This document shows, one piece after another, positions 26,306 to 39,476 of a stretch of DNA of 64,000 nucleotides. Position numbers and translations under genes: made by a program. The notes beneath the pieces are model-generated. The model ran no database searches and was not told the DNA's origin. It worked only from the letters and a program-made list of their open reading frames with translations. Each line of letters opens with the position of its first letter. Positions within the stretch are counted from its first letter, which is position 1. This DNA is from Carcharhinus amblyrhynchos. Its lineage: Eukaryota. Where the stretch lies: positions 31,806,001 through 31,870,000 of the forward strand of contig OZ336895.1 of NCBI GenBank assembly GCA_965287045.1. Direction: 5' to 3'.

Positions 26306-26940
26306 TTTTTCATTTGATTTTATTTGATTTATTGTTGTCACATGTATTAGTACGCAGTGAAAAGTATTGTTTCTCATGCACCATAGAGGCAAAGCATACC
26401 ATACATTGAGAAGGAAAGGAGAGAGTGCAGACTGTAGTGTTACAGTCATAGCTAGGGTGTAGAGAAAGATCAACTTAATTCGAGGTAGGTCCATTCAACA
26501 GTTTCATGGCAGCAGAGAAGAAGCTGTTCTTGAGTCGGTTGGTACATGACCTTAGACTTTTGTACCTTTTTCCCAACAGAAGAAGGTGGAAGAGAGAATG
26601 TCCAGGGTGCGTGGGGTCCTTAATTATGCTGGCTGCTTTGCTGAGGCAGTGGGAAGTGTAGACAGAGTCAATGGATGAGAGGCTGGTTTGCATGATGGAT
26701 TGGGCTACATTCACAGTCTTTTGAAGTTTCTTACGGCCTGAGGCAGAGCAGGAGCCGTACCAAGCTGCGATACAACCAGAAAGAATACTTTTTATGGCGC
26801 ATCTGTGGAAGGTGGACATGGCAAATTTCCTTAATATTCTGAGAATGTAGAGGCATTGGTGGGCTTTCGTAACTATAGTGTCGGCATGGGGGGACTAGGA
26901 TAGGTTGTTGGTGATCTGAACACCTAAAAAACGTGAAGCT
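26306..26940 (-). mobile_element. Rex1/Babar LINE 3' fragment
   Basis: FHRCAIKSILSGCIAAWYGSC...IIKDPTHPGHSLFHLL..GKRY...TNRLKNSFF, with (tcaaa)n tail. Confidence 0.88.
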
Positions 26941-27787
26941 TTTAAGACTGTTCTTCACTACTTTTCGAGGTGTGATTGAAGGCAACTCTTAAATATGAAG
27001 GAGGTGTTACAGTTTGTTTTTTCTAGTTGTGTTTTCAGATTCATCAGCCCCTTCCCCAAGTGGACTTTGTGTCCCTCAAGATGGAGGTCTTCCCAGCAGC
27101 GAGCACAATCACAAAGCCCAGAAATCTCAACTGAGAGTCCTGTCCTTATTCTGTTTTCCAACAGCAGGAACCTCTCATGCTCCACCGTGTGAAATAACCA
27201 GCGCCCCGCCCCCCACCACCACCCTTTACAGACAACAGACTGTAAAAATACTCTGACCAAATCCAGGCTTTGAACCAACAAATGGTTCGATCTATCATGG
27301 CCTGAATTTTCATCCATCGGGCACGGGAATACACGTTCTCGGCTATGATCATCCCAGCGCGTGGTTTCATGCTAGCTGCCCAGTTAACTGGCTGCCAGTG
27401 TGAAACATCAGCTGGGAAGGGCTCAGTGCTGCCAGGGGCACTGGACGAGGGTAAAGAGAGGCTGCAGGCTGGTACTTCTACTGCTCTCCCTCAGGGTGAC
27501 AGCCGCTGAGGAATTGTCTCAGGAAGTTGCAGACCTGTTTAAAAAAATAAATAAATTGAGATGGATAAACTATGGAAAGAGTTTCAATAGGCCGCGCATT
27601 CAAACACAAGCCTCAGCCAGCAGATCCTCTTTGTAATTTCATGGTAGTACCTTGACCCAGGATCGAGGTTGCAACTAAAACGTAAAGGCTGCCTGGCCAA
27701 TTTCCCACCCACCAGCCGTAAAAGCAGATGGGCCATGTAAAATTGCATTTGTTTGGCATCCTAATGCATTTGTTGCACTCGCAACGA

Positions 27788-28101
27788 GGGCAGCACAGTG
27801 GTTAGCACTGCTGCCTCAGAGCACCAGGCACCTGGGTTCAATTTCGGCCTTGGGTCACTGTCTGTGCAGACTTTGCACATTCTCTCCGTGTCTGCATGGC
27901 TTTCCTCCAGGTGCACCGGTTTCCTCCCACAGCCCAAAGATCTGTGGGTTGGATTGACTGGCGGTGCTAAATTGACCCTAGTGTCGGGGGATTAACAAGG
28001 TAAATGAGGGTTACAGGAATAGGGCTTGGGTGAGATTGTGGCCGATGCAGAGTCAGTGGGCCGAATGGCCTCCTTCTGTGCTGTAGGGATTCTATGATTC
28101 T
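27788..28101 (+). mobile_element. HE1-like V-SINE, type A
   Basis: Full copy with attctatgattcta tail. Confidence 0.9.
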
Positions 28102-28505
28102 AATTCTCCTGCCAACCAAAGTATTCCGCAAGTGTGCACTGAGATTGGGAGACATAGCTGACATTTTCCCCTGCGGGGTTTTGGTTTGGGCACACACACG
28201 CCCAAGCAACGTATAGTTCTGGCCTACAAGTTAGGTGAACAAAAAGGTCACAGTTTCACATAATGTGATTTGTTTTCCCTTCACACTTCTTCTCTACATT
28301 TAACAAAGACTCGTTAACTTTATGAATGTGTAGTAATTTTTATCTCACTACAATAGCCATGTTTCAGCAAAATGGAGAAGACAAAAAGGTTAAAAAGAAA
28401 AGTAACACCCACTTGCCAACTGAGTCTCACCCAAGGCAATTTTGGGTCTTGATTCAGATCGCCATGAAACAGGCGGAAACCTCATTAACATATTCAAATC
28501 AGGAT

Positions 28506-28925
28506 CTCCTTATGTCGTATGAGGAATGGTTGAGGACTCTGGGCCTGTAGTCGCTGGAGTTTGGAAGGATGAGGGGGGATCTTATTGAAACTTACAGGCC
28601 AGGCCTGGATAGAGTGGACGTGGAGACGATATTTCCACTAGTAGGAAAAACTAGAACCAGAGGGCACAACTTCACACTAAAGGGGCGATCCTTTAAAACA
28701 GAGATGAGGGGGAATTTCTTCAGCCAGAGAGTGGTGAATCTGTGGAACTCTTTGCCGTAGGAGGCTGTAGAGGTCAGGTCGTTGGGTGTCTTTAAGACAG
28801 ACATAGATAGGTTCTTGATTGAGGCAAGAGAATGGGGATGAAAAATAATTAGCTATGATTGAATGGCAGGGCAGACTCGATGGGCCGAGTGGCCCAATTC
28901 TGCTGCTATGGCTTATGGTGTTATG
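28506..28925 (+). mobile_element. CR1 LINE 3' fragment
   Basis: MRGDLIETY...TRTRGHNF...FFSQRVVNLWNSLP. Confidence 0.9.
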
Positions 28926-30583
28926 TGATTAAGATCTTCATCCAGTGTGTCTCCTGTACCACCACACACAAAGCAGTCAAACCAGAGATCCTTAAAGGAT
29001 TGGAGCATTTAATTGCAAGGAGCTTTTTACAAGAATTTTGTTGAACTCAGAAGAGCATTTTTATCCTTGTATCAATGGCCTGATTGTCTGTGTCCCACAC
29101 CAACAGCAGATTGCCTTCCCTAACACCACCAACTTTCCCTTCAGCAAATAACGTCTGCGTTAATTATATAGGAAAGCACCCAATTTAGCCACCAGCACAG
29201 ACAACTCATCAGTTTCCTCAGAGGAACGGATCTGGCCTCACGCTGATGCCATTAGTTGGATGAAGCAGAAGGCTGAATCACCCACTGCTTGGCACACGTT
29301 AACAAGATCGTCACCCTGCTCGCTAACCTTTCGCTTATCTCTTTTAACCTGGAGCTAGCCTAGCCTTGCTCATCGAGCTGCCACAGGACTTCAAAACCGG
29401 AAAGCCTTGCCCACTGCTGAGTTTGATCTGCCCTGGGTGATTGACTGCACTGTTTCCATTCTTTCACTGTGAAGTGTACGGATTTGAAAGATGAAGTCTC
29501 TGTGTGTCAAACTGTCAAATTACAGAAGACTCCAGCTAACTGCGTTTCACTACTGGTCTCAACAACAGCCGTCAAGCAAGTCTCTTCCAACTTGGTAGTC
29601 TATCCCTCAGTGTGTTTAACCAATCCAGGAGGCTGCTTGAATAGAATAACATCTTCAACAGATTAAACTCTTTTGACCGAGGTGGCTTCTGAATTGTGGC
29701 AGGGGTTCAAAGTCTTAGGATAAGGTGTCAACTTTCAGGGAAGAGATGAGGAGACATTTCCTCATTCATAAGCTTGTAAATCTTTGGAATTCTCGACTCT
29801 CAGAGGGCTGTAGGAGCTCATTTGTTAAGTACACTGAAGAAAGATATTGATAGATTTTTAGACTCTAACTTGGACTGCAGTGATTCAAGAAGGCGGCTCA
29901 CCATCACCTTCTCAAGGACAATTAAGGATGGGCAATAAATGCTGGCCAGCCAGCAACACCCATGTCCCACAAATTAATAATAAAAAGGGGTAACAAAGTA
30001 TCCTCCACTGCTGGAATTCTCTGCCCATTGAAGCAGTGGAGGCAACCTCGTTAAATGTGTTTAAGTCACTGGTAGATAGATTTCTGATCAATAAGGGAAT
30101 TAAGGGTTATGGGGAGCAGGCGGGTAAGTGGAACTGAACCACTATCAGATCAGCCATGATCTTATTGAATGGTGGGGCAGGCTCGAGGGGCTAGATGGCC
30201 GACTCCTGCTCCTATTTCTTATGTGGGGACTGGAGGGAGAGTGGAGTTGAGGTTAGAAGATCAGGCTTGAGGGGCCGAATGGCCTCTTCTTTCTGTTTCT
30301 TAGGTGCATAAACCGTTTGCCACCACAACGGAAATTCTGAGACTTTGGGTAGGATTTTCCAGTCACGCTCAACTCAAAACTGGAAAATCCCGCCACAGGT
30401 CAATGGACCTTTGCATGGTCCTGTTCTACCCACTATGATTCCCATGGCGGGCAGGGCTTGAGAATTCGGCCAAATGGGTGCGATTCTCTGGCCTCACTGC
30501 GGCATGTTTCTCTGCAGTGGGAAGTGGTGGGATCATCTGGTCCCAATGGGATTTTCCATTGATTCCATCATTCGCCAGTGGGA

Positions 30584-31295
30584 AACATAAGAACATAAGA
30601 ACATAAGAAATAGGAGCAGGAGTAGGCCATCTGGCCCTTCGAGCCTGCCCCGCCATTCAATAAGATCATGGCTGATCTGTCGTGGCTCAGTTCCACTTTC
30701 CCGCCCTCTCCCCATAACCCTTAATCCCCTCTCTTATCAAAAACCCATCAACCCGCTTCTTAAAAATATTTAGCGAGGCAGCCTCCACCACTTCAACGGG
30801 CAGAGAATTCCAGAGATTCACCACCCTTTGAGTGAAGAAGTTCCTCCTCAACTCCGTTCTGAACCGCCCCCCCTTTATCTTGAGGCTGTGCCCCCTAGTC
30901 CTACTGTCTTTTTTGAGCGGGAAGAGTCTTTCCACCTCTATCCTATCCATCCCATTCATCATCTTATACGTCTCAATGAGATCTCCCCTCATTCTTCTAA
31001 ACTCTAACGAGTACAAGCCTAGTTTATTCAGCCTCTCCTCATAGCTCAACCCCCTCAACTCCGGTATCAGCCTAGTAAACCTCCTCTGCACTCCCTCCAA
31101 GGCCAAAATATCCTTGCGCAGGTGCGGCGCCCAAAACTGCACACAGTACTCCAGCTGCGGCCTCACCAATGCCCTATACAGCTGCAGCAAGACCTCCCTA
31201 CTTTTATATTCAATCCCCCTCGCTATGAAGGCCAGCATCCCATTCGCCTTCCTGACCACCTGCTGCACCTGCAGGCTGGGTTTTTGCGACTCATG
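30584..31295 (-). mobile_element. Young CR1 3' fragment inserted in a MITE (about 30476-31370)
   Basis: Open ORF2 C-terminus (ORF 30687-31316), (gttcttat)n tail, and possible gaaac TSD. Nearly identical to 59703-60417. Confidence 0.95.
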
Positions 31296-31691
31296 AAACC
31301 TGTGGCAGGAGTGCACCGTCGGTGAGACCAGAAGGTCCTAGCTGTGTAAAGAGCCAGAAGATTTTGCCCAGTGGGTTATTTCTTGTCTACTCTGACAATA
31401 CTGTCTGTATTGTTAATGATACTCCCAAATGATAGATATGCTTCCAACCATGATTGTGTGTTCCAGAAATAAACTATGGCCAGAATTCTCCAGTCGTTCA
31501 CACACCCCCACTGCTGCCAGCGAGAAAGCAGAATTTGGTGCTCAGCCAAATCTCTGTTCACTGCAGCGGGACTGGAGAATCCCAGTCCCTGGCGAGGTCG
31601 GAGAGTTCAGCCAACGCCTCATAAAATATTTGACCACCAAACTTATTCAAATTAACACTGGATAAAATCGTGAAAATTAACCTTTCACATC

Positions 31692-31990
31692 GGGTGACAC
31701 AGTGGTTAGCACTGCTGCCTCACAGCGCCAGCAACCCAGGTTCAATTCCCGACTTGGGTCAATGTCTGTGTGGAGTTTGGTCATTCTCCCCGTGTCTGCA
31801 TGGGTTTCCTCCAGGTGCTCCAGTTTCCCCCCACAGTCCGAAGATGTGCAGGTTAGGCTGATTGGCCATGGTAAATTACCTCTATGTCAGGGCATTTAGC
31901 AGAGTAAATGCATGGGATTGTGGGCGGTACAGACCCAATGGGCCAAATGGCCTCCTTCTGTACTGAAGGGATTCTATGATAATTCTATGT
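31692..31990 (+). mobile_element. HE1-like V-SINE, type A
   Basis: Head, V-domain and tail. Confidence 0.88.
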
Positions 31991-32339
31991 TGACATGTTA
32001 GCTCAATATTACAAGGATATTAGTTACCAAAATATAACATCTGCAAAATCCCGTTGTGTCCCAAGGAAAAGCAACTGAGTGGCAAAACTGAAACCAAAAA
32101 ATGCCAGAAACATTCAGCGTTTGTAGCAAGAGAGAGAGACAAAATTAATATTTCAGAATCGGTATTAGCTCTAAAACAGTGATTTCATTCTGACCACATG
32201 CCCATCAGTTAAATGCCAGTTGGCCCCATATATGTCAGTGAGAATTAAGTCTTTACGCAAAGCATAATAGGATCATGTGAAAACTAATGATCGGACATTC
32301 AGCCAGAAAGATAGAGATGATTCCATCAGTCTTAGCGAT

Positions 32340-32615
32340 CAGATTCCCAGTCTGGATCACTGTCTGTGAGGAGTTTGCACATTCTCCTCATGTCTGCATG
32401 GGTTTCCTCCGGGTGCCCCGGTTTCCTCCCACATTCCAAAGTTGTGCAGGTTAGGTGGATTGGCCATGCTAAATTGCCACTTAGTGTCAGGGGGATTAGT
32501 CGGATAAATATGTGGGGTTATTGAGATAGGGCCTGGGTGGATTGTGGTCAGTGTAGACTCGATGGGCCAAATGGCTTCCCTCTGCACCATCGGGATTCTA
32601 TCATTCTGTGATTCC
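32340..32615 (+). mobile_element. HE1-like V-SINE, type A, head-truncated
   Basis: V-domain and tail present. Confidence 0.85.
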
Positions 32616-33240
32616 TGATTTGATCCCAAAGCTGTGCTTAATCCTCCCATTGAACCCTTCTTAATACCAGAATCATTGACTAAACTTTTCCTCACTCCTC
32701 CGGGTAGCTTCTTCTCTGGCTTGATGTCAATTTCTATTGCTATTATGAAGGACCTTGGGATGGTGCCTACATTATAGGTGCTATATAAATACAAGCTGTT
32801 GTTGCTGAATTTGTCAACCTCAGCAATGACATTACTCGGGAATGATATGATAAATAGCTTCAGTGTCGCTGGGTGAGATAAAGAAAAATCAGTCCCGTGT
32901 CCTGTATTTAATCACTGTCCACTGATTCCTGCTGAAAAGTGTGATTCGGTAGTTGTTGAGTTATATCACAAGTTTAATGCATTCCACAAGGACATCACTG
33001 CTCGCGTATGAAGAACAGGCAGTCGGGTGAAATAGCCAGGTGGTGACAGCTATCACCCTCAGGCAAGAAGGGAAGAAAATTTAATAGGAACCAGAGGGAA
33101 TACAATTCAAGACAGTCCAACAAGAGTCATAGCATAGCCGTCAAGGATAGGAACCTGGGAACCTCCCATCAGGCTGAGAGAGTCAAATCAAAATTTGAAA
33201 AAAGACTGAACTTCTTTCTATCTCTCTGCTTCTAGAGAGG

Positions 33241-33390
33241 CAGTAAGAAGTCTCACAACACCAGGTTAAAGTCCAACAGGTTTATTTGGTAGCAAAAGCC
33301 ATAAATAAGCCAAATAAACTTGTTGGACTTTAACCTGGTGTTGTGAAACTTCTTACTGTGTTTACCCCAGTCCAACTGTGGCATCACCAC
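33241..33390. mobile_element. Palindromic Penelope-derived element
   Basis: cagtaagaagtctcacaacaccaggttaaagtccaacaggtttatttgg followed by its reverse complement. Same sequence as 510-560. Confidence 0.85.
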
Positions 33391-35342
33391 ATCATAGAAC
33401 ATAGAACAGTACAGCACAGTACAGGCCCTTCGACCCTCAATGTTGTGCCGAGCTATGTCCAATCCCACTTCTATAAAGGCCCAGGTGTTGTGGTGGTAAA
33501 ATAACAGTGAGGCGATTAACGTTCACTCTTACCAAAGAGTAAAATGGGCTAATACTATCCAGCAACAACACTGTTCAATACATACAAACCAGAGAGTTGC
33601 TGTCTAGTACATACAAACCAGAGACTTATTCCTCCAGAAATTGGACCAAACTCTCCTGGTAACCTGCCAAGAGACTCCGCAACTTACATAATGCCCTTCA
33701 ACATGATATTGAAGTATTTACTCACTAAACACATCAAAAAAACGTTCAATCTGCCCATTCAATTGTGTTCGAAATTTTAGCTGTGTGATAGTTCTCAGTT
33801 ACAGCAAAACAACTTCTCCACCACCGCACATGAACTTTTACGCACAGGGGGGTCTCAATCCTTCAGATTTGAATTATTGTTGGAGATTTTACAATTTTTT
33901 TTCTGTTTTCTTTCTGTCTCTTTTGTCACAACTCTTAATCCAATATTTCTCCCCTTCAGTGAGAGTTATTCAACCTGATTTGTTGAGCGTCTTATCCTGT
34001 TCCCACAGGTCTCAGGTCGATGGGCAACAAGCCCCTTTGCATTTTTAATGGCCGCATCTTCCAAAGCTCACGGAAGCCTGTAATGAATGGTTACCACTGT
34101 GAGTTCACAAAATCGAGGCTCAAATTGCCACATGTGTGCAGACTTATAGAATTGTTGAAAACCAGAAGCTATGGGTTTATGTGCATCGTCCCCACAAGGT
34201 GTGATGAGTGGAGCATTCCACAGAGTCAAATCTACTAAGAGATAGAGACTAATATCACCCAGACTTAGCTCCTTTGTTATTTCATTTATCACATCTTCTG
34301 GCAAAGAGTTTGACCTGGCCTTTCCTGTTCCCTAATGACTCCTAATGTTGCAGTAATGTTGCTAGGAATCAGAAAGTTGCAGTTGCACCTCTACATCATC
34401 ATGGCAGGTCACTGGGCTGTAAGCAGCATATACATCACACGTACATAGTTGCCATGGAAGGGCTGCAATGTCATCAACAGTCTGAAATCCCATTGCTATC
34501 ATAGGTGTACCTTCTTGCAAGACCTCCAGCAACCCAATGCACCAGCCGATATAAGGGGCATTTTCGAGGCACAACTGTTCCTGAGTTTTGATTTCTGAAG
34601 CATAACCTCTGCTCGCTTTAGAGATGCAAAAAGCTTTAAATTAAAGTAAGGTTAAAGGTAACAAAGGAAGTGGGAGTAGGAGTTGGCCATTAGAGTCCTT
34701 GAGCCTGCATTCAGTGAGGTCGTGGCTGATCTGACAGTAGCGTTAACTTCACTTTCCCACCCTGTCCTAAGGGATTCCATAGAAGTCCAGAAAACATGCA
34801 CCTTATTGCTACAAATGAGAGGGAACCCTAGAATTGGCTTTCAAGATGTTTAGCTTGTGGGCCGATGGGCCTGTTTGTGCTGTAGTGTTCTATGTTTCTA
34901 TTTAATATACGGTGGCCTTTAGCACGCACGTTGTTGAGGCATTGGAGCTAATTTGGCCAGTATGTTGGCAGGTCATTTGAATTGCATTTCCGCTCTGTAA
35001 GCATTTTCTGTGCTGGATAAATAATGGCAGCATGATTTGGAATACACAAATCTGCAGACACCGCACGTCTTGCTGGAAGCAGGGCTTTAAAGTCTATTTG
35101 CTGTCAATTGTATGCTGACCTTCCGAGAGATGCACAGTAACTGGGGTTAGGAAGAAGGTTATGAGGAGCTGTGAGAACAATGGCTTTTGGCATCTCCTGT
35201 TCCGACATCACAGCTTCATATGTGACTTGGAGGATTCATGTAACACAGAAACAGAAATTAGGATCAACTGGTTTTTGTTCATATTTATGCTCAACAACAG
35301 TCCCCACTAACCCCCCACCTTCATCTCAGCCTATCAGCTTAC

Positions 35343-35667
35343 TCATAGAATCCCTACAGTGTAGAAAAAGGCCATTTGGCCCATCGAGTCTGCACCAACT
35401 ACAATCCCACCTAGGTCCTATCCCCATAACCCCATGAATTTATCCTAGCTAATCCACCTGACACTAAGGGGCAATATGAGTATGGCCAATCCACCTAACC
35501 CACACATCTTTGGACTGTGGAAAAAAAACTGGAGCACCCAGAGGAAACCCACACAGACACTGGGAGAACATGCAAACTCCACACAGACAGTGACCCAGGC
35601 CAGGAATTGAACCTGGATCCCTAGCACTGTGAGGGAGCAGTGCTAACCAATGTGCCACCATGACACC
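35343..35667 (-). mobile_element. HE1-like V-SINE, type A
   Basis: Full copy. Confidence 0.9.
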
Positions 35668-35716
35668 CTACACATCTACTCCTTTATTTCTCATGTGTGG
35701 ATTTGGCTTCAGCTTT

Positions 35717-36210
35717 ATTTGATTTGATTTGATTTATTATTGTCACCTGTTTTAGTATACAGTGAAAAGTTTCTCGCACACTATACAGACAAAGCATACT
35801 GTTCACAGAGAAGGAAACAAGAGAGTGCAGAATGTAGTGTTACCGTCATAGCTAGGGTGTAGAGAAAGATCAACTTAATGCAAGGTGAGTCCATTCAAAA
35901 GTTTGACAGCAGCAGGGAAGAAGCAGTTCTTGAGTCAGTTGGTATGTGACCTCAGACTTTTGTATCTAGGTGGAAGGGAGAATGTCCGGGGTGCATGGGG
36001 GTCCTGAATTATGCTGGCTGCTTTGCTGAGGCAGCGGGAAGTGTAGACAGAGTCAGTGGATGGAAGGATGGATTGGGCTACATTCACGACATTTTGTAGT
36101 TCCCTGTGACCTTGGGCAGAGCAAGAACCAAATCAAGCTGTGATACAACCAGAAAGAATGGTGCACCTGTAAAATAGAGTCAGAACTGACATGCCAAATT
36201 TCCTTAGTTT
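35717..36210 (-). mobile_element. Rex1/Babar LINE 3' fragment
   Basis: Homologous to 26306-26940, with (tcaaa)n tail. Confidence 0.85.
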
Positions 36211-37307
36211 TCCTTAGTCTTTAACACACGTATGTTGTGATTAATTGTATACGAATCATTTAAGATTCTTGCATCTTGCTCGATTGCTTTTCTTACTTCG
36301 CTTCTCTCCAAAACTTAAAATTTTAAAACCCAAGTTCGGAATCAACAAGCAATTATTTCCAGATTTACTTTGTTTGTCCCCTTTTCATCCTGGATTGTGT
36401 CCGTCACTGTGGATGTCAATCTTTCCCCTTCCAAGAGTTCTGGATTCCTCTTTCTCAAACCCCAATGCTACATTTTTTTCTCCACCCTATTTCTCCACCC
36501 TAACCCCTCCATTGCCAGTCCCGCCACCCATCCATTGCCATCACTGTCCCCCACCCCACCCACCCCATCCCCCCTCCCCACCCCAGGCAACTGGGCCCTC
36601 CACATCCCAATCACATTGGGCGGGATTTTCCATCCCTTCCCATTGGCAGGATCTTCCAATCCTACTGAGGGCAACTCTCTCCTCTCCCCACCCCACCCCC
36701 CCTCCCCGCCCCCGCCCCCCACCATTCTGCCACAAGTTCCCTGTTGACAAAGGTGCAAACAACGGGAAATCTGGTTCCTGCCACCAGCCAAGGCTGGGCC
36801 ACCTCTGCTGCCATAGAACACACTGTGTGGTGTTAGAGGGGTGACGAAGGGGTGGGGAGTTGGGGGGGGTGAGAGGGTTTGGTTGTGGGGGGGGGGGATG
36901 GGGGTGTGATGGCAGAAAATCCCGTCCATTAGGATTTGGAAACACCAGGCTACATATCAAGTGGGCTTTGTGAGCACTGAATTCAGAGGAGCTACAACTT
37001 AACTTTATTTGTGCCTTTATTTCTGACTCCTGTCAGTTTGAATTTTGTAGAGCTAGGCAGTTTGGATGGGGCTAACCTTAGAACTATTGCCCATTGATGG
37101 ATAAATCCTACATCGGAACATATTCATATAATCAGCATTCAATATGTGCAAATCAATATGAATAAGGATTTAAGTGTTTTTTGTGAATATTAGAACTGCC
37201 TGAGAGTTCGTGAATCATTAGTTTGGAAAAATTCTCCCAAAATTCTCATGTACTGAGACATGCAACAGCGTACCTTTATTAGGAATGCAGACTTTTCCCT
37301 TTTTCAG

Positions 37308-37628
37308 AATAGAATCATGGCATTCCTACAGTGCAGAAGCAGGCTATTCTGCCCATTGAGTCTGCACTGATTCTCTCCGAGACAGCATCTTATCCAGACT
37401 CTACCCCCTTAACCCTATATATTTACGCCGTTAATCTCCCTAATCTACACATTTTAGGACACTAAGGTGCAATTTAGCCAATCAACCTAACCGTCACATC
37501 TTTGGAGAGTGGGACAAAACCCACTCAGACAGGGGGAGAATGTGCAAACTCCCCACAGTCACCCAAGGCTGCAATTGAACCCGAGTCCCTGGCGCTGTGA
37601 GGCAGCAACGCTAACCACTGTGCCACCA
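37308..37628 (-). mobile_element. HE1-like V-SINE, type A
   Basis: Full copy. Confidence 0.88.
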
Positions 37629-37982
37629 GGATACTGTTGGTTACGCCTCTGAGATTTTCATTTTGAAATGTATCCCCTCCTTTGGGTCCTGCAGTGAAGC
37701 AGAAATTCCCGGCATTCTTTTACCGCACTAAGTGATCAATGTTCATCTGGCAACATAGCCAGTTTTCAATTGGTAACATTGTGGAGTCAGAGGCAGTGTC
37801 ATTGTGCTCCACTCCAGGTTTGAGCTCTTAATCTAATCAACTGGTGCATATCAAGAGAGCGCTACCTTATTGAAGGTGATGGTTTCCATTTGAGATATTT
37901 CGGGTGAGTATGAAAGATTTTGTGATATGGTTCAAGGCAGAGCAAGGAGTTCTCCCACTGACCCGGCCTGTGTTGTGATAGT

Positions 37983-38108
37983 GGTCCTGATTTTACCAGC
38001 ATGGCTACCCCGAAATGGGGGCGGACGAGGCTTGCAGAACAGTATTCCCCATTGGCCTCGGACACGATCGTACGAGCCTCGGGCGGCCGTGCCAGTAAAA
38101 TCAGGGCC
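37983..38108. mobile_element. Harbinger-type MITE
   Basis: TIRs ggtcctgattttac ... gtaaaatcagggcc; CpG-rich. Confidence 0.8.
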
Positions 38109-39476
38109 AGTGTGTGCATGCCATTGTAATGTAAAGGTGCTCGACAGAGCAAAGGTTAATGTGGGACTGGAATGGCAGGTATGATGTATTGAGCCACATA
38201 GTAGTAGACTCAGAGAGAAAACTCTGGAAGGTGGTTGGATGGCGATGAGTAACCTGGGATCTCTAAATAATTGAAAATGAACTATAAACGGTTTGAACAT
38301 ATGGGTCTCATCATGAGACATTTAAGGAACCCATATTACAACAGCCTACGCTCCTCCTCCGGCCAGTTGGCCGCTATTTGTGAGAACTTGCTGGGCACAA
38401 ATTGACCAGTGCTTTTGTCAATAAGGCAACAGTGAGTATGGTGGTAAATGATTGAATGTGTGGTCTCCTCCAGCAAATGTTTTCTTTCCGTCTTGTTTTC
38501 CTCCTTTCTTGCTTTATTTCCTCCTTGCTTTCTTTCCTCCTTCTGGTGAGCATCATTAGCAGGTTACTCACAGCCTGTGGCCAATTTTAGCAGCTCGGCT
38601 CCTGCTACACTAATTGAGCACAGACTGGGAGCTTCCTGCGTGAAGTGTGGAGGGGCAAGTGCTGTCCACGGACCTGTAACTCAGTCTGAGCCTTAAAGGA
38701 AGGAGAGGTGAAAATTAGAGTGGTGGAAAATAAATTATAAAATGCTAATTAGGTGCACTTTTAAAGCAAGGCAAACAGGGCAAAATATTTTGCAGTGAGG
38801 GGTTGTATCTTGTGGTAACAGTGAATTCGTGTGAGCATTAATTAAGTGTTTTTACATCCTGAACCTCCGCTTTACAATCAACACAATGACAGCATTTCAA
38901 ATATCACTGCAGCTCCCAGTATTCCTACCTTATTAGCTGTTGAACAAGGTAATGGAAGTTTCAACTGATCTTTCTTTATTACAATAGTAATATGTTCAAG
39001 TACATATACCTGTCAAACTTGTTTTATTGGCAGCAAGGTGTGGAGAGAGACAAAGTCATTAAAATTAACGGATTTCAATTAGTGCGACAGTGAGAAACAT
39101 ATTTCGATACAGGAAAGATGTGTACCAACGGGGAAATTAATCAGCCTTGACACCAAGTTTCATTTAAGTCTCTGCATGCCCTTAACTGTCAAGGCAATTC
39201 TTTTTATACCGTGTCTGCTACATTTTTCAGCCCGGCTGTACAGAACCAGCCAGAAGTAATGAGCATTCGGCTGTAACAACTATTTTCTGCAAGGCTAAAT
39301 TATGATTAGGGCAGGGACAAAGTCATTAAAATTATTAAAAAAGAAAATAACAGAGTCTCACAGCCAAACTTCCCTTTTTTTGAACCATAGGAGAGCCAGG
39401 AACTTAGTTGTTATGCCTTTAATGAGACCATCACACAGCAGGCTAAACGAGTGGGAATTTACAATTTTCAAAAAGG

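Noticed and set aside
34009-34198. Cryptic cassette or poison exon (cccacag ... aag|gtgtga)
   Set aside because: Weak donor, 190 bp with an early stop, no homology; such sites arise by chance in 38 kb.
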